64,000 nucleotides of DNA from Macrostomum lignano. Lineage: Eukaryota. Shown one piece after another: positions 59,747 through 64,000 of the stretch. The stretch lies in contig NIVC01000406.1 in the NCBI GenBank assembly GCA_002269645.1, forward strand, positions 508,724-572,723. The letters are read 5' to 3'. The notes below the pieces were generated by a model that was given only the letters and a program-made list of their open reading frames with translations, had not been told where the DNA came from and made no database searches. Position numbers and translations under genes: made by a program. Within the stretch, counting starts at the first letter, position 1; the number at the start of each line of letters is the position of its first letter.

Positions 59747-62700
59747 TCATAAGATGGTGGCCCCGGACCGAGGCCTCAGGCCGCCCGTCCAGGCCGGGTC
59801 CTCGTCCTCCGGCCCCCCGCCGCCTCCCCAGCTCCGGCCGTCGACCAGGCGATCCCGGATAGCCGCCAGCTGCCTGCGGAATCGGCGCACTTTCTCGATG
59901 ACCTCCTCCTGCATCAGCTTGAAGCACATGGCGAACACGGACAGCCCGATGGCCACGTAACAGACCGTGGCGACCAGCTTCTCCTTCGGGTTCTCGCTGT
60001 CCACTTTGGTGCCTGGATTGGAAGGGGTGTCAGGGGTGCAGACGGCACGGCACGGGGCTTTTGCGGAGCTGAAGAGTCTGAATCTTATCCAAGGAGTCTG
60101 AAGCTCATCTGAGGAGTCTGAAGCTTATCTGAGGAGTCTGAAGCTTATCTGAGGAGTCTGAAGCTCATCTGAGGAGTCTGAAGCTTATCTGAGGAGTCTG
60201 AAGCTTATCTAAGGAGTCTGAAGCTCATCTGAGGAGTCTGAAGCTTATCTGAGGAGTCTGAAGCTTATCTAAGGAGTCTGAAGCTCATCTGAGGAGTCTG
60301 AAGCTTATCTGAGGAGTCTGAAGCTTATCTAAGGAGTCTGAAGCTTATCTGAGGAGTGTGAAGCTCAACTTTGAAACCTGAGGCTTTCGAGCGCATCTGA
60401 AATATCTGAAATTCATACATGTACGAGGAACCCGAGGCATGTCTAAAATAAATGTCACTTGAAACTTTTCTGCAAAATTTTCTGCTTATTAAAGAATTCC
60501 TTAGCTTTCAGAAAACCCGAAGCACCTGAGGCTCGGCTCACCTGGCACAATATCGCCGAACCCAATCGTACTCAGTGTCACAAAGCAGAAGTAAGACCAT
60601 TTCACGTAGTCTTTGTCCTCCCAGATCGTGAAGATGAGCGCCCCGAATATGATGTACAGCACCATCACCGACAGGGAAAGGAACAGTGGCACGGTGATCT
60701 GCCGCAGTGCCAGGCCCTGCATCGAGTCTTTGTCGTCGTCGTCTTCATCTGGCCGCGGCGGCGGAGTCGCCAGGTAGCTGGAGAGGCCGCCAGAGGTGCT
60801 CTCGTGCACGCTGATGTAACTGCAGCGGCGCAGCATGGGGTTCGAATCCCGCTTGAACTCGTCCGCGGACAGCAGCGACGTGTCCGACTCACCCGACGAT
60901 GCTGACGACGACGACGTCGACCAATCATCGGAGAGTCGGCGGCGAATTCTGCGACGGCGGCGAGACGGCGGCTGCAGGCTGCGCCAGGACGGCGGATCGG
61001 AGCGGCGCGGCGATGCGGACTCAGGTGCGGCGTCGGGGGCGGCGCCGGCAGCGGTTGGCGGCACCTTCAGCCGGGCTGTCGGCAGAGTCGGCTGTTCGGA
61101 TCGGACTCGCCGGAGCTGCCGTCGCCGGTTGCCCGCGACGGCGCTAGCGCAAGCAGCGGTGGTTGCTGAGATGGCCGGCTGCAACTCCCGGTCGATGTCT
61201 GCCCAGTCAACCACGGGCACCGCGCGCAGCTCCTCGCTAGTCCACTCTCGAATCGGCCGCTGTGAGATAGGCGTCAGCACTTCGGCGTTCCAGCTTTCTT
61301 CGTCGGCTGCCGCTGACGCGGTGGTGGCGGCAGCGGCAGCAGAAGCTGCCCTGTCGGCAGCGAGCAGGGAATCAACGCCCGGCAGCTGCAGCGGGGCGGG
61401 CCGGGCCGGCAGGATACGAGCCACCACGTAGGCAACGCGGATGGAGGCGCCGCTGCCCGGGGACGGCAGCTGCTGGAGCAAAGGTGGAGGAGGGGGCGGA
61501 GACGACTGGGGCGGCAGCGGCCCCTGCAGCACCGACCAGCCGAGCAGCGGGCGCATCTCGGGCGAGGTTGTCTCCAAGGTCGGCGACGAAGCAGCCGCCG
61601 CTGCTGATGCCGTCAACCCAACTGCCGCTTCGTCGTCTTCATCGTCTTCCTCATCCTCGACGCTTGCGGCGGATCGACAGGCGGTCGTGAGTGTGGCACT
61701 GATCGCCGTCCAGGCCAGTCGGAACGGCGCCGTTGCCCAGCGCCGGCCAGAGACGAGGCAGGCGTGGACCCTGCGCCGGGTTCGCCGGCGGAATACGCGG
61801 CGCCAGGCGGGGCGCAGCAGGTCCCGGTAGAGCAGCCGGAAGCCGTCGGCCAGGTAGTCGCCAACGCTGTTGAGGTAAAGGAACACCATGGGGATGCCGA
61901 AGAAAGCGTATAGCATGGTGAGCAGGTAGCCGGTTGATGTCTTGGGCACGACCTGGCCGTAGCCTGCGGGATTGCGAGGATGAGAGAGATGAGCACGTGA
62001 TGTGTCTTCTAATGTGCTGGAAAGAATGTACCAGTATGTGCCAATTATGTGATTGGCAAGCAGTCTACACTCTATGCAGTCAAAACCATCCGACGCACCA
62101 ATAGTGGTGATGACAGTCACCACGTACAGCAGCGCGCCGGAGAAGCTCCAGTTCCACTCGTCATCCAGGCGGCCGTTCCAGCCATGCACGTTGACGTAGA
62201 CCACCAGGTCGCGGCTGAACTCCATCAGCCGGGCGGCCAGCGCTGCCCGCAGGCCGGCCGAGGCCGTCGCGTTCGCCAGCAGACGCCGGCAGGTCTCGTT
62301 CAGGCAGACCCGATCGGCGATCGCCTCCGCCATCTCGGCGCTGACGTTGTCGACGGCCTGTTCGAATCGGAGGCGGACATCTTGGCGGATGGCCTCCTCC
62401 TGCGGCAGCTCCAGCCGGCGGAAGACCATCCCGCCCAGCACGGTGTACGCCACGATGGCGCCGAAGAGGCCCAGATTGGAGAAGGCGAATGCCAGGAAGC
62501 GCTTGCAGCAGCTCAGAGCCTCTCGCGCTCGGCGCTTCCTGCGGAGCCGCTGCAGCTGCTGGCGCCGCTGCGACTTGGTCTGGCGGGCCAGCCGGTTGGC
62601 ACCGCCGACGCCGCCTCCGCGGTACACTGGCAGGATGCTATGTCCACCGTCATGCGGCTGCCATCGCTGCCGGCGGCTCCAGAGCGTAAGACGCCGATGC

Positions 62701-62834
62701 TGCCGCTGGTAGTTCCGCGCCTGCTGCGGCTGCGGCTGTGGCGGGGTGCCGTCAGAGTCGATGGGCAGCGAGTTGATGACTCCCCGACTGGCCGCCGCCC
62801 TGGAGTTGGACGAGTTGGCGGCGGCGGTGTACAT
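59747..62834 (-). CDS. Two-pore-domain K+ channel (K2P, TWK/KCNK-type); exons 62834-62099, 61963-60542, 60012-59747
   Basis: M1 LFGAIVAYTVLGGMVFRRLE; P1 WSFSGALLYVVTVITTIG|YG; M2 YAFFGIPM; long M2-M3 loop; P2 YFCFVTLSTIGFGDIVPG; M4 YVAIGLSVFAMCFKLMQEE. Confidence 0.92.
60068..60365. repeat. 20-bp minisatellite in K2P intron 2
   Basis: CTGAAGCTTATCTGAGGAGT units. Confidence 0.95.
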
Positions 62835-63654
62835 CAGGTTGGGACTGTTACCGGCCTAGAATTTCTTAGTTTCGAATATTCAAAAAGTCCAAGGAATCAT
62901 GCAGACTTTGAGGCCGGAGGTTAAAATAGGAGGCAGCGATGGGCCGGAGGTGAGGAGCCGCTGGGACAGGGAGAAAGTGAAAGACTTTTTTGGGCAAACT
63001 GCAACGATAAGGAACTTTGAGGCGAGTGCTTCTTCTAGGAGACCGGGGCCTGTAGAATAGTTTAAGAAAAATGGAAGCAGCGGAGGGAGGGGCGACTTCT
63101 AAACGAGCGTCCTGAGCGGTCCGCAGCCGGCAATCCATTATCGTCATTGGGGTCGGCCAAGATAAAAACTTGCCGGCGCTCCTGGGGTCGAGTCTGCGAG
63201 CGATGCCCGCCCGGCCTCCTCAATTCAATCAGAGCCGCCCGGCCCCTCCCCGCAAGGCCGGCAATTTTGTCAGGCGCGAGATTTGGCGCATCTAGTTAGG
63301 GCTCGGAGACTGGGGAGGTGCCGCCGCCGCGCCTGATTCCCTGACATTCGGCCCGACTAGCCATGAGTGCTCGTAGGCCAGCGATTTGCTAGCTAAGTGG
63401 GAGCAATACTTCTGCGGGGACACAAATTTCTCCCAAATTGGTGCAGCAGCGGTGCCATTGGGCATCGATTTTTATTGATCCTCAATATGATCCACCGCTT
63501 GCTCTCTGATGAGAAGCTGGATTTCTGATGACGGGGAGACCTGCAGAGACAGCTGATGGTAAAGGCTTCTGCCAATGGCATGCCATTCATCCATGTATAA
63601 TGAATGCCATTTTTATGGGCCAAGGGCAAAAAGAGCGACGAATTTACGTCGAAA

Positions 63655-63930
63655 GGTTATGAGCGCCGAGGGAGAGGCAAGGAGGAGAGGAGTCAGAGGA
63701 GTGGCTGGTAGAGTACACTCAATGTACATCGCAGGGTTATGAGCGCCGAGGAGAGACAAGGGGGAGAGAAGTGACTTGCAGAGTACACTCAATTGTACAT
63801 CGCGGGGTTATGAGCGCCGCCGAAATAGGACCAAGGAGGAGAGGAGTCAGAGGAGTGGCTGGTAGAGTACTCAATGTACATTGCAGGGGTATTAGCGCTG
63901 AGGGAGGGGCAAGGGGAGGGAAGTGAGTGA
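63655..63930. repeat. Degenerate purine-rich tandem repeat (~70-80 bp units)
   Basis: GTTATGAGCGCCG...GAGAGGAGTCAGAGGAGTGGCTGGTAGAGTACACTCAATGTACATCGC recurs about 4 times. Confidence 0.7.
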
Positions 63931-64000
63931 CTTGACTAGCAAAATGCGCCAGATGTACAGACGATGAGGACCAAACGGGAAACTACTCGTACAATAGTTT

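Overview
Gene-dense eukaryotic (metazoan, intron-containing) genomic window, with very GC-rich exons set in AT-rich intergenic DNA and introns filled with tandem repeats. This organisation, together with an innexin and a Pro-Ala-type nAChR subunit, suggests an invertebrate, most likely a free-living flatworm such as Macrostomum; that assignment is inference, not verified. Plus-strand genes in order: UBAC1/KPC2, a non-alpha nAChR-like subunit with an anion-selectivity motif, ALDH16A1-like, QSOX, a decayed non-LTR retroelement, a condensed duplicate of the ALDH16-QSOX region, RAD51, HELLS, XPC, and an orphan membrane-protein ORF. Minus-strand genes: an ankyrin-repeat + STE-type kinase with an in-frame TGA, an innexin and a two-pore K+ channel. 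The top finding is an apparent head-to-tail duplication in which a ~13.6 kb unit is represented by a ~2.3 kb second copy. That copy has lost every repeat-filled segment and encodes an intact, intronless QSOX derivative lacking the thioredoxin domains (signal peptide fused in frame to the helix-rich/ERV/TM part). Several MITE-like and SINE elements and about 20 distinct mini/microsatellites are also present. All homology calls come from recalled motifs; no searches were run.
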